From Eledone cirrhosa (lineage: Eukaryota), in contig OZ024742.1 of assembly GCA_964016885.1 (NCBI GenBank), positions 336,474,001 through 336,538,000 on the forward strand: DNA of 64,000 nucleotides. Direction: 5' to 3'. The notes beneath the pieces were generated by a model. The model was not told where the DNA came from, searched no databases, and worked only from the letters and a program-made list of their open reading frames with translations. Of the stretch, positions 45,522 through 57,955 are shown one piece after another; the stretch's first letter is position 1; each line of letters opens with the position of its first letter. The position numbers were made by a program, and so were the translations under genes.

Positions 45522-47580
45522 TACGTTAATAACAGTAATAATAATAATAATAACAATAATAATAATAACGACAACAACAATAATAATATACATATACATA
45601 TATATATACACATACACGCGCACACATAAGCACATCTACACTCACACACACACACGATAGCAACTAACAGCGCTGCGATCGAATGTGGATTTTTAGCCCA
45701 GCCAATGATCTAAAATGTCTTGCACAGAGTCGGCAACCAAAACATTCACTGGGAATAGTCGGCTGTGGTTGGAGTTCATGTACTTTTGCATGTCGCTTGA
45801 GCCCTCCTGCTGATTTACATTCTCTACCACATGTTCGGCAAGCATGATGAGTAGCATCTCCAACAGCAGCCTGGTAGTCAACCACTGGTCTTACTTTATG
45901 ACTGCGAAGATGACTTTCGAGTCCAGCTTTGCTTAGGCAGAGTCTCGCACATACGCTGCATGTCAGCACCATAGGTGGACCCTCGCCGTCTGGAAGTGCA
46001 ACAGCAATGCCCTTCCTCACATCCCGCTTTACTTTCTCGTATGCGATTCGAGATGCCTCAAAGGCAACTTTTCCCTCATATACAGTCTTTCTCCATTTAT
46101 TACGATCAGCAGCAATATTCTCCCATGTATCAGCAGAGATGTTAGCGTCTTTCAGAGAGGCTTTCAAGGAATCCTTATACCTCTTTTTTGGTTTATGTGG
46201 CAGTCGTTTTCTTTTAACTAACTCTCTATAAAAGAGTTGTTTTGGTATTCTAGAATCCTTCATCCTGGCAAGGTGACCACTCCAACGGAGTCGTTGCTTA
46301 AGCACAAGAGCTTCTATACTGTCACACATAGAGCTTTCCAAAATCTCGACATCACTGATGTGGTCCCTCCAGTGAACGCCATGGATCCGTCTGAGACACA
46401 TCTGATGGAAATGCTCCAATTGCTTAAGGTGGTGTCGATATGTGACCTAGGTCTCGCAGACATAAAGAAGAGAAGAGAGCACACATGCCCTGTACACCTT
46501 TACCTTTGTCCTCCTGCATATGTCTCGCCGACCCCAGAGTCGCCTTTCTAGCTTTCCGAAAGCATCACTTGCTTTCCTAATCCTAAGTGAGATTTCACTG
46601 TCAAGGTTGCTGTATCGATCGACAGTGATTTCCAGGTAGACAAACTGATCAACCACTCCAAGTCGTTTGCCATACACATATATGTTTGGTTTAGTGTAGT
46701 GCTTACCAGGAGCATGTTGGTACATGACGACGGTTTTCTTGAGACTGACAGTCAGACCTAGGGCAGTGCAAGCGTCAGAAAATCCATTGATTTGTGTGCG
46801 CTACAAGATCGCAATCATCTGCATACAAGAGTTCTCTTATGATTGATGTAAATACTTTTGTCTTCGCAGCAAAGCGCCTGATGTTAAATATGCTGCCTGA
46901 GGTTCGATAGCGGATGTAAACACCATGCTCGCAATTCCTGAATGCAATACAGAAAACCATTGCAAAGTATATGGCAAACAGGGTCGGTGCTGGAATATCC
47001 CCCTGTTTCACTCCATTTTTTACTGAGATAGGCTCCGACATGTTACCCCCGACATTAACCCAAGCCTTCATGTCGTCATGGAAAGACCTAACTAAAGCAA
47101 GGAACTTATCAGGGCAACCAAGTTTCTGGAGAACCTTCCATAATGCATCTCTGTTAACAGTATCGAAAGCTTTTGTCAGATCGACAAAAACCTGATACAG
47201 ATCCAAGCCTTGTTCCATGCACTTCTCCTGGAGCTGTCTAGCTGAGATCATATCAGTAGTGCCGCGTCCAGCACGAAAACCAGATTGACTTTCAGGAAGA
47301 ACACAATCTGCAATGTGTGTCAGCAGACGGTCCAGAAGCACCCTACATATAACTTTCCCTACGACAGAAAGCAATGATATACCTCTGTAGTTCCCACAAT
47401 CGTTCCTGTTACCCTTTCCCTTTAACAAGACCACCATTACTGCATCTCTCCAGTACTCAGGTACGAATTCATTAGCCCATATCCTGCCAAACAAAGAGTG
47501 AAGATGTTGCAGGAGTCTCTCACCACCATATTGTAGGAGCTCAGCATGTATGCCATCCATACCTGGAGATCTTCCACTGT
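45357..47580 (-). mobile_element. 5'-truncated RTE-clade LINE with C-terminal triple C2H2 zinc fingers
   Basis: SPGMDGI, NYRGISLLS, PESQSGFR, FVDLTKAFDTV, GVKQGD, LLYADD, RLRWSGHLARM..RIPKQ; 3' end ...gggggcagccatc followed by (TATG)n. Confidence 0.95.
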
Positions 47581-49641
47581 TCATACATACATACATACAT
47601 ACATCATATATATATATATATATGTATATAAGAAGGAAAAATATTGTCAGCGGCCGCTACGAAGTATCGAATTACCTATCTTTCAGATACCACCTAGGTG
47701 CTCTAACAATTGAGCTAAAAGACCCCTGATAACATCCTACCATCTAAATAGGGAATCTGAATCAAACCAGCTTTTGAAAGTATAAACAAACGCCAGTCAT
47801 TTCTGGCGCCTCACCTGTATAGTGGAGTTCCAACCTCCACCTAAAACCACAGAATTTTGCTGAGGAAATCACGATTATATCTAGCCTGTTCCACTAGTTC
47901 CGGCTTCTTACGTGTAAGTGTTGTGATTTTCCAGGTTACGGGTTGATACCTTCCGACTTTCATTGGGGTCACTGAACACGGAATCTTTGTGCGTCCACCT
48001 CCCAGCAAAGGCCGCAGGCCCATCGCCAGTTTTTACAGCATGAGATAGAGACTGCAATGTATTTTTCGAACAGGCTCTTCTACCTAAGTTCTGAACGAGT
48101 GCCTTGATAACGAAGGACTATGCAGTATGACTGCCTTTGTTGTGTGTCGCCATATTGCAGTGTTTTGGTTTTCTCTTTAACACCAGTCACCAAACTTGTA
48201 TTTTTTTCAGACCCTCGAAGACTAGACCTTTTCAGCTACATCACTGGGTTGTGAAAGTTTTCTTGGAAGCTAAGGTGTCAATCATTGCACCATCTCTCCT
48301 AGTAACTCACCGCCTTTTGTCCGGAGTTACTTATTCGTTCGACAGGTGCCCGCTTATATCACAACTAGCCCTTGTGGCTGTATCACTATCCGCCAACCGC
48401 GACCTGGTCTCCTGTAGAACAGATCTGCCGAGAAATCTTTTCATTTCATGGTTTCTAATGTAGGCACAAGCCAACAATTTTTAGCTGAATGGAAGGTCGA
48501 ATACATCAATCCCGTAACAATTAAAGGCGAACTTGACCTCGACAGGATTTGAACAAAGAATGTATATGGCTGTAACTAAATGTCGCAAAGTATTTTGCTC
48601 GACGCTCTAATGATTCTGCCATCCACCAACCTTATTGTTCATTAATTATTTCTAATATTGGCACAAGGTCAACAATTTGAAAGAAATGAAAGTTTATTAC
48701 ATCTACCCCAGTCCTTGATTGGTACTTTATATTATCGATCACAGAAAAATGAAAGCGAAGTTAACCATGGCGGTATTTGAACTCAGAAGATAAAAATCCA
48801 AAATTAAATGCAGCAACGATTATGTCAATTCACTACACACATAGTTACTTAATTAATGAAAGGGAATAATGTTTCGTCCAATCCACTGATGAGCACAACC
48901 AAGTAGATTACTGATTAGACGATTCCTCACGTCTTAATATGTAATCCATCTCACCTTACCTTAGATAAACATATATATGAGACTTTACACACTTCTAACA
49001 TAATTGCATTAATAAATGATGTTTTTCCCTCTTCCTCTCCGGTTTTTCCCCCTGACCGACAACTTGTCCAGTAAAACGTTCATTCTTTCTATATGATTAT
49101 TTATTTAAAATTTCCGTTTTTCCCCAGATGTCTGTATCTTCTCTCTCCCATTATATCTCCAATAGAACGTTCGTTCTTTCGACTTCATTTTTTTATATAT
49201 ATAGACGCCGTTTCCTGCTTTGGATTAATATAAAAAACATTTTCAAGATATATTTTGGGACAGATCTTAATCACTGTGTTAAATTTTGTGATGGTTCGTT
49301 CAGACAAGGCGTCGTTGTTTCAAGACAAACAGACGAAAAGAATAAATAGTAGCTAGAGTTAACTGTGGGATTCAAACTCACATTTGTCGTATACTGGACC
49401 ATTACGCTAATGCGAAACTAACAATTTGCTTCTCATTGTTAAGCCTTATCTATCAGCTGTCGCTAGGGGCTTATGTCCAGTTCAGTTTATTCAACTATTT
49501 GATAAGCAATGCTGCGTTGTTGTCCATTCACTCATAGTTTTGTGAAACGATTGTATCTTACATATCATCATTGTCGTCGTCATCATCAAAATCAACAACA
49601 ACAGTACACACACACACAGAGAGAGACACACGCACACACAC

Positions 49642-49688
<47 letters not shown>

Positions 49689-49689
<1 letters not shown>

Positions 49690-50972
49690 CGTTGACAAAT
49701 ATATCAATATGCCCAGACATGTAGATATATTGCCCTTGGTAGGATAACTAGTATACTACAGAGCCGTTATAGTTATAGGAATAACCAAAGAGTGCTTAGA
49801 AATACATTGTTTTATTAGCTAACAGTGTTTCATCCATACACTATGGCAGGAATCATCAGAGCCTATAAACATGAGTATATCAGTAGTTGCATGCTCCATC
49901 GAGCTGTGTCACCAGAACAAGGTTAAAGGACTAGCAGTGGGGTCCCGAGGCCAGCGCTATATGGAAAAAGGCAGAATACATGATGCACATAATGTCATAA
50001 AATGTCTTAAAAATTTAAAAATTAAAAATTACACCAAAGTTTTATCACTTAAATGGTGCAATAAAGAGGTTGGGAGAGGGTAGCAAGGGATGAGTGAGGG
50101 TATTACTCAGCATGATCAGAAACAATAAGAAAATAATAAAAAATAATAATATGAAAGTACAAAAATACAGGGATAAGAAAAGAGATAAATATAAAAATAC
50201 AAAACAATAAAGGAACAAAAAGCCCGGAAACCCCCCAAAAATATAAGACAAAGTAAAGCAGTGCAAAAAGAGGGTGTACAGGCAGATCAAGAGAGTTTGC
50301 AAGCATGAGTCTGTGAAAAGAATAGTTGGTTAGTAGTGGTGCACCTTACATGTATGATAGTCCATATGAGGGATGGTGTACTCCAATTATATCGCCTTGT
50401 AACAGGTCGATTCTCCTTATCATATCCGCACCCTACGAACCACATCGATATGTTCCAGTTCCGAACGTTAAGTGAGACAACACTATTTTTCCAAAACCTA
50501 TACCCAGGGGATTTATCACCATAGGCGGTCTGGGATATACACCTAAAATCTAAAATAAAAATAAAAGAAAGTACGACGAGTTAAAGAAATGTATGGTACA
50601 TGTAAACCCGGCACAATGTGAGGAAATTGTAAACACGCCAGGTCCGCAGAAACTGGTATTCCCCAAAATCCTCACGTTCGGTCGCTCAATCCAACGTGCC
50701 AGGTGAAATTCACCGTATGTCCAAGTTGGCGTTCAACCAATGTGTCGCACCGCATACAACTGTACCACAGTAAATACAAATCGTGATGGCAATCCCGTTA
50801 CATATAGAGAAAAAGTGTATATAGGAAACCCCGCTTCCAGAATCACATATGGCAGAATGAGCATATATTGTTATAATAATAGGCGGGTTTATTATAGTGA
50901 GTGCAAATTTCTGTAGAATATATAGATATATATAGAAGAGAGACTGTTAGCTAATAAAACAATGTATTTCTA
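49689..50972. mobile_element. Probable decayed PLE with a 30-bp inverted terminus
   Basis: tagaaatacattgttttattagctaacagt (~49797) is inverted at ~50943-50972. A hammerhead lies next to the left arm, a weak EKVYIG-like remnant at ~50810, and TA tracts flank it. Confidence 0.5.
49817..49862 (-). ncRNA. Type I hammerhead-like motif
   Basis: Minus strand reads GCT-CTGATGA-ttcctgCCATA(gtg)TATGGat-GAAA-CACTG-TT-AGC. The flank agctaataaa is shared with the 53619 motif. Confidence 0.55.
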
Positions 50973-51141
50973 TAACTATATATATATATAATGTTTAATA
51001 TAGAAATGGCTTCTACTGGAGTAGAACTGTTTCATTCGATGGAAATCATCGGGAAAGCCCTTCGAATTAAACAGTTCTGGTCCTGTAGAAGCGACATAGA
51101 CCGTTATACAGAGAAAGAGATACAATTAAAGTGTTAGATAT

Positions 51142-51721
51142 TCTGAGAGAGATAGAGAGAGTAACGTCCCACGAACATCTAGAAAGGGCTTAAACTATAG
51201 ATCCTTTGATCTATAGGAATGTTTAACAATATTGCGTTAGCTTTAATAAAGTTGTTTGATTTTACAGAACAAAGAAAAATTGATACTATTTGAAATTAAT
51301 CTGCCCTCCAGCTTTTATTCATATACTACTTACAGGCCGTACTAACGAAGCTAAACACTTCAGAAGCAATGTTATGAGGTATATTGCTGTGTTTCAGATG
51401 ACGTCCTTTGGAGCTGAAAAAGATCATACTGACTATGGTTATTTCACATTTAAAATCCAAGGCCAATGCTACCATTTAATCGACAGTTTATTCCCCAGCC
51501 TATTAAGTTTTCTTTTCTCTCTCTCTCTCCCTCTCCCTCTCACACACACACACACATACAAACACACCCTCGGCGTTGCAGTTACCACCATCACCACCAC
51601 CACTCTCTCTCTCTCTTTCTCATACACACACTCACATTATGGTCTCACCTCATGCCAGACAACACATCCAATACAGTCGTTTTCTCTGTTCTCCCAGGCG
51701 AAGCCGAGTACCCTCAGCTAG
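51142..51721 (+). mobile_element. Internally deleted Helitron with a Rep/Hel N-terminal coding fragment
   Basis: ~51305-51497 encodes EAKHFRSNVMRYIAVFQMTSFGA...TFKIQGQCYHLIDSLFP (Helitron-type FQMTSFGA/FKIQGQ.YH motif). A subterminal hairpin-like ccaggcgaagccgag precedes CTAG|T at 51718-51722. The 5' limit is uncertain. Confidence 0.75.
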
Positions 51722-51740
51722 TATATATATATATATATAT

Positions 51741-51867
51741 GAACGAGTAGGACCCCGTCGGCTGAGCTCAAGCCGTTTCGAACGTTCCTATTACCCACTC
51801 TACTACCCTAAGTATTGAGTACTTTGGTGCGTTATGGTCCACTTGGTTCCTTGCCACATTTCCTTCG

Positions 51868-51870
<3 letters not shown>
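51741..51870 (+). mobile_element. Short copy of the same PLE family
   Basis: gaccccgtcggctgagctcaagccgtttcg followed by the tail ttacccactctactaccctaagtattgagtact..., in (TA)n. Confidence 0.8.
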
Positions 51871-51912
<42 letters not shown>

Positions 51913-52473
51913 ATTCTTCATTTGAAATTTCAATGTTTCTCAAACATAGTCTACCCAGTTTGTTGAGTTGAAACCAATCGTTACAACATGTTTCTGCCTG
52001 CATTTGGAAGAAATCTATCAATGCACTCGATGGCATCGATTATATCTTTGGTTATTTTTTTTAGTTTTATTAATTTTATTGTTTTTTCTCTTTATTTAGT
52101 TATGGCATTTTCGTTTTTGTATGTTATTTGTTTTTTTGTTGATTTGTTGATTTTTTCATTTTTACTATCATAACATCTCTAAAATAAGGCCAGATATTAT
52201 TTTATTTGTCTGTTATAAATATTCTTTTATTTTTTATCCTGTTGTTCTAGTATTTGATCAGACTTAGTTTTTTTTTTTTGTTGTTTTAGTTGTGTTTTTG
52301 TGTTTTTTTGTCTGCCCATTAATTTATTTCAAATTATAATTATTTTTGTTGTTGTTATTAGTATTATTATATAATTTTGGCAACGATTCTTTATGTGTAG
52401 CGGCCTGCTCTGTGAATGTGGGGGGGGGGGTCTGCGCGCGCGTGTGTGTGTGTACATATATATATATACATAT

Positions 52474-52677
52474 ATATGAAAGGATTCAGGACCCCGACGG
52501 CTGAGCTCCGGTCGTTTCGACAGTTAGATCCGAACAGTTCCGATCTAGCTGTCGAAACGGCCGGAGCTCAGCCGTCGGGGTCCTGAATCCTTTCATATTA
52601 CCCACTCTACCACCCTAAGTATCGAGTACTCTGATGGGTTATGGTCCACCTGGTATTTTACCACACCCTCTTTGTTA
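52474..52677 (+). mobile_element. Fold-back mini-element of the sister subfamily (second copy)
   Basis: Inverted repeat 52474-52598 plus a tail matching 9855-9930. Confidence 0.88.
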
Positions 52678-53272
52678 TATGTATATATATGTATGTGTGT
52701 GTGTGTGTATTTACATACGTATTATAATCATCACCATCATCATTTAATGTCTGCTTTCCTTATTAGCATGGGCTTACTGTATAGAGACTGGAGATGATCT
52801 GCCTCAAATGAGACATTTCGGGAGAGGGAGAAAGAGTTCGACGGGGGAGGATTATGATGCGAAGTGTGTGAGGAGAAAGGGGGCAAGTAAAATAGCGTGG
52901 AGTATGACTAGCGTGGTGGGATTAAAGGATGATGTGATGGAAAAAAAGGTCTGAGAAAGTGTACAATGGCTGTATGACACTTGTGGTGTATTTGCCATGG
53001 GGGATATAAGAGTGGAATGGTATGGTATGGTATGGTGATGATCTAGGAGAGAGTGAGCGATACTTAAGGGGCTATAACTGTTATTGGGAGAACCTGGGTA
53101 CTGTAATGGTGTGATTAGTTACTAAGGAAGGATGGTGAAAAGGGAGACTGTAGGGTGAGTGACAATATGTGGGAGCTAGATGGATGAAATGGATGATGTC
53201 ATGAATGTATGAAATATGTGGAGGGATTTAAAGGGATGATATGAGAGAGAGAGGAGGGGAGAGAAGTGAGAA

Positions 53273-53365
<93 letters not shown>

Positions 53366-53618
53366 ATAAAATTGGACGATTGCAAAACAAAATGAACAGA
53401 TATTTATGAATACGGAAAAATTAAAAGAATTTAATTAATATGAATTATTCTTTCATATATATATGTATATGTTTGATATAACCATAAATATGGAGGGTAG
53501 TACTAAGTACTAGCCGGTTTCCGGTATGACAAAAGGCTCAATGCAAATTTTGAAGTGTTTTACAGAGCCGAGATACAAAGTGTTAAAACGATCAAATTTT
53601 AGTTTAGAACATTTATTA

Positions 53619-53664
53619 GCTGACAATTGTTTCTTCCAGAGGGAATGTCTGGAATCATCGGAGC
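53619..53664 (-). ncRNA. Type I hammerhead ribozyme, U4C variant
   Basis: Minus strand reads GCT-CCGATGA-TTCCAGA(cattccc)TCTGGAA-GAAA-CAATTG-TC-AGC, with a palindromic stem III. Confidence 0.75.
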
Positions 53665-54421
53665 ATAAGGAATGTCGAAAACGTGTAACTAGAATCCTAG
53701 TCATTTAGAACATTTAGGGTACATAGTTGTTATTAGTGTCAAAGGCATCATGTGGAGATTCAGGAGTTAAAAAGATGTTCCGCTTGAAATAACAAAATTA
53801 CAGACAGCACTGGTTGGAAGTGTAATAGGTATAAGTAAAAGCAAAAAACACAAGCAAAAAAATGACAAGCAAAAAAACACAGGGAAAGAAGTTATAAGTA
53901 AGGAAAATTGGTGTTCAATGCAGGAGTCAATACAGTCAATAAGGCATGTATGAGGAAAAAGTTATAATGCAGTTGAAATAAATGTATTTTGTGTGGGGTG
54001 TTAAAGCATGTTATATTTGTCATAAACATTTAAGATAGTGTGCAATTCGTTAGAGATGCATGTGGTGATAATGTAGGTATTTGTTATGTAAGGTGTAATG
54101 CAAAGCACGTGATAGAGTTGTGTATGTGATTTTCATTCAAGTGTTTTAGTGTTGTAGTTCGTATGTACGTGTATATGTTGTTTGTAACTCACAGCTATTA
54201 ACCATGGGATTATTTTAAGTCGTTTATAGTCAATAGGTGTTTGTTTGTTAAATGTAAATTCCTCCGAATTACTGGCCATGTTGTTATTGTAGGTATATTA
54301 TCTTATGCATTTTTTATCTGTAAATTATCTTTTCTAAGGTTTGTGTTAACCGTTATTAGGCTGTTGGTAAACCGTTAGGCTGCTTAATTTTATAAGTTTA
54401 CACAGGAAGCTAATTAAAGAC

Positions 54422-54545
54422 ATTGTCTACTCCGGTACTGTAACCGCCAATCACATCTCGAAAGTATATATAGGCTCTACATCGAATAGCTTTAAGACCA
54501 GATATAATTCATACCTTCATTCGTTCGGAAACCCTAAACTTACTG
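54422..54545 (+). pseudogene. PLE (Naiad-like) GIY-YIG endonuclease fragment
   Basis: Manual translation gives IVYSGTVTANHISKVYIGSTSNSFKTRYNSYLHSFGNP, which parallels the EN of the 39801-40454 ORF. Confidence 0.75.
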
Positions 54546-56345
54546 CAATTTACTGTCCCAAGCAAGTAAAATAATAAGAAAATAATCGTTCATATGAATA
54601 AGTTTGTTTTAGCCATACCGACAAATACCATCAGATGCCTATATAATTGTTTATTTTTGGCACAAGACCAGCAATTATCCCAGTGTATTACTGGTACTTT
54701 ATTTCATCGACCCCGTGAGGATGAAAGGCAAAGTTGACCTTGGCGGGATTTGAACTCAGACCGTAAAGAGACGTAACTCTATGCTAGAAAGCATGGCATC
54801 CAATCCGCTACCGATACTGCCAATCCACCGATGCCTATATAATTGTTTCTACTTTTGGCACAAGGCCACAATTACTCAGTGCATTACTGGTACTTTATTT
54901 TATCGACCCCGTAAGGATGAAAGGCAAAATTAACCTCGGCGGGGTTTGAACTCAGAATGGCAAGGGCCGTAACTCTATGCGTCAAAGCATGTCGCCTGAC
55001 CCTCTACCGATACTGCCTATGATGAATAACTGGCCCTTTGAATTCTTATAAACGCACTTAATTTTGTAATACTGGTTTCAATCTCAAATACGCCAATATC
55101 ATCAAGGTTTACTAATATCGATGATTCGATACGGTGGTAAATTGACAGAGTCGTTAGAATGTATTATTAAATGGCTCGATATTTATTCCGGCCCTGTGAG
55201 ACCAGAGACCAAATCTCTCCGTTGTTTAATTTTCCTTTAATAATTTCGGAGTTGATAATTAAAGTTTTAGTTAAAGATGAGCAAACAACGAAATTGTTAA
55301 AACGTTGGACAGGATGCGTTCTGCCTCTTTTGGGAGTCTAAGCGTCATGAGTTCAAATCCCACCTTCTGTCATTGGAAAAGATTGATGTTTCAGTCAGTT
55401 GTTGTGAGCGGAAAGATCGATCGGAACATAGTGTCTTTGGTCTGATCTGACGACTGGCTGCTTTCTTTTCGTTTGTTTAATAATTCTTTCTAGTATTGGC
55501 ATACGGCAACTGATATGGTGGAAGGGGAAAGTCAAGTATATCGACCCTAGTACTTAACTGGTATTTTAGTTTATCGACCCCAGAAGGGATTTAAATTCAG
55601 AGTGTAGAAAGTTATAACTAAATACTGTAAAGCATTTTGTCTGGCCCTCCACTTATACTGCCAATTCACCTCTCTTTATGTTTAATAGTAAATGGTTAAA
55701 GTAGATGGAAACGGTGTATTTAAAATTGGTACAAGCAATGTAGAAACTCTAACATAGCTTTTCCTGATTTACCGAAATCAATAAACAAATACTACTTAAA
55801 TACATAAATCATGAAACGACGTAGACTTATTTTTTTCTTTGCATTTTCATTGCAAATCAGTCTTTCGAATTCGATGTTTTGAACATCGGAGGTTCTGTTT
55901 CTACAGAAGGAAAAGACATTTTCAAAAATGCTTTTTCCTTTTCTCTTTCACTGAAAACGTATATGGAGTCTAAATGCTTTAATAGGCTATTAAATTACTG
56001 GGGTGAAGCTTACCCAAACCGTGGCCTCATCACAACTGAACATTTCGACAAGATATCAATAATAATTGATATCTGCTGTCACAGACAACAATTATCATTC
56101 CGACTCATAAAGCTGCCAGAGGAGAGAGCCATAAAACTGTAAACAAACCTGCCTGTCTCTTCTCTCTCGCTTACACACATATTTCAAGGAATATGGAAAT
56201 ATAAAAAATTGAACTTAAAATCATTGCTTCTTTATATCACAGAGCATGTTATACACACTTGCAATGAGAGATGGGTAATGATATTGTTTATGGCTTTGTG
56301 GCTTTGTGGGTGATCCCTTCTGTTTTCTGACTAAAACACGGCGCT

Positions 56346-56440
<95 letters not shown>

Positions 56441-56444
<4 letters not shown>

Positions 56445-56720
56445 GAGGCACGTGGCTTAGTTGTAAGGGTGTTGGACTTACGAACATAATGTCGTGGGTT
56501 CGATTCCTCGGTTGCGTGTTGTGTTCTTGAGCAAAACACTTCATTTCACGTTGCTCCAGTATACTCAGCTGAAAATGAGTACCACCAATAGCTGGGGATT
56601 TAAACCATGTCATAGACTGGCGTCCTGTCCAGGGGGGTCTTGTACTCTCAGTCGCTTCACGTCATGAAACCGGGATAAGCACCGGCCAAATGAGCCTTCT
56701 GGCTATAGACAGACTTTAGA
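56441..56720 (+). mobile_element. tRNA-derived SINE, family 2
   Basis: A box gtggcttagttgtaag, B box ggttcgattcc, core gtgttcttgagcaaaacacttcatttcacgttgctccagt. Related copies at ~2575-2880, 5575-5890 and 42215-42510 (+). Confidence 0.8.
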
Positions 56721-57207
56721 TATATATATTGTTTTGTTGTTTTTTTTGTTGATGGTTAATCCCCAGTGAGTCCCAATGATCCTGATCTATGAGCAAAAGT
56801 ACTCTAGACATGATAACCCCTTCTTTCTTTTCAGACGTTCACTTTCAGACTTATTTTTTATTCCGGATATAAAGGTTTACATTTTTCAAAGAAAAGTGGG
56901 TTTAATAGTAAAGGTCCGTAGGGTTGAATGGTGGTTTTGTAGGGTGTACATATCGGCCGTCCGTCTTGATATTTAGATAAAATAAGTCGTAGGTAATGGA
57001 AATTGTTAAATTGTTTCTAGTTTGAGGAATATATATTGGGTCGTCAAGTATAAAATTTGTAGAAATTTGTTTTATTTCTACAAATGTCTACAAATTTCAT
57101 ACTCGACGACCCAATACAAACATAGCCATAAAGTAATGTGTCTTATGTTGAAAAAATATTTAGTCAATATCCAATGTGTTGTTCAATTTATTAGACGGTA
57201 AGTCGTG

Positions 57208-57955
57208 GTTTGGGAAATATCGGGCTACTACAACTAGCAGATAGAGAAAACAGGTGGCTCTCTCCTTTTGTTTGGGAAATATCGGGCTACTACCACTAGC
57301 AGATAGAGAAAACAGGTGGCTCTCTCCTTTTGTTTGGGAAATATCGGGCTACTACCACTAGCAGATAGAGAAAACAGGTGGCTCTCTCCTTTTGTTTGGG
57401 AAATATCGGGCTACTACCACTAGCAGATAGAGAAAACAGGTGGCTCTCTCCTTTTGTTTGGGAAATATCGGGCTACTACCACTAGCAGATAGAGAAAACA
57501 GGTGGCTCTCTCCTTTTGTTTGGGAAATATCGGGCTACTACCACTAGCAGATAGAGAAAACAGGTGGCTCTCTCCTTTTGTTTGGGAAATATCGGGCTAC
57601 TACCACTAGCAGATAGAGAAAACAGGTGGCTCTCTCCTTTTGTTTGGGAAATATCGGGCTACTACCACTAGCAGATAGAGAAAACAGGTGGCTCTCTCCT
57701 TTTGTTTGGGAAATATCGGGCTACTACCACTAGCAGATAGAGAAAACAGGTGGCTCTCTCCTTTTGTTTGGGAAATATCGGGCTACTACCACTAGCAGAT
57801 AGAGAAAACAGGTGGCTCTCTCCTTTTGTTTGGGAAATATCGGGCTACTACCACTAGCAGATAGAGAAAACAGGTGGCTCTCTCCTTTTGTTTGGGAAAT
57901 ATCGGGCTACTACCACTAGCAGATAGAGAAAACAGGTGGCTCTCTCCTTTTGTTT
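57208..57955. repeat. 62-bp minisatellite, 12 near-identical units
   Basis: Unit gtttgggaaatatcgggctactaccactagcagatagagaaaacaggtggctctctcctttt; no spacers; one substitution in the first unit. Confidence 0.97.

Noticed and set aside
47645-47725. tRNA-like sequence on the minus strand
   Set aside because: No proper cloverleaf; more likely a decayed SINE head than a tRNA gene.
55870-56142. ORF starting (V)LNIGGS, resembling the NVGG start of a Kv T1 domain
   Set aside because: The downstream residues lack T1 motifs (TL...TRL, FFDR.P, ILNYYRT), so this is probably chance.
57208-57955. Regular repeat array superficially like a CRISPR
   Set aside because: The units are contiguous and identical with no unique spacers, there are no cas genes, and the context is eukaryotic.
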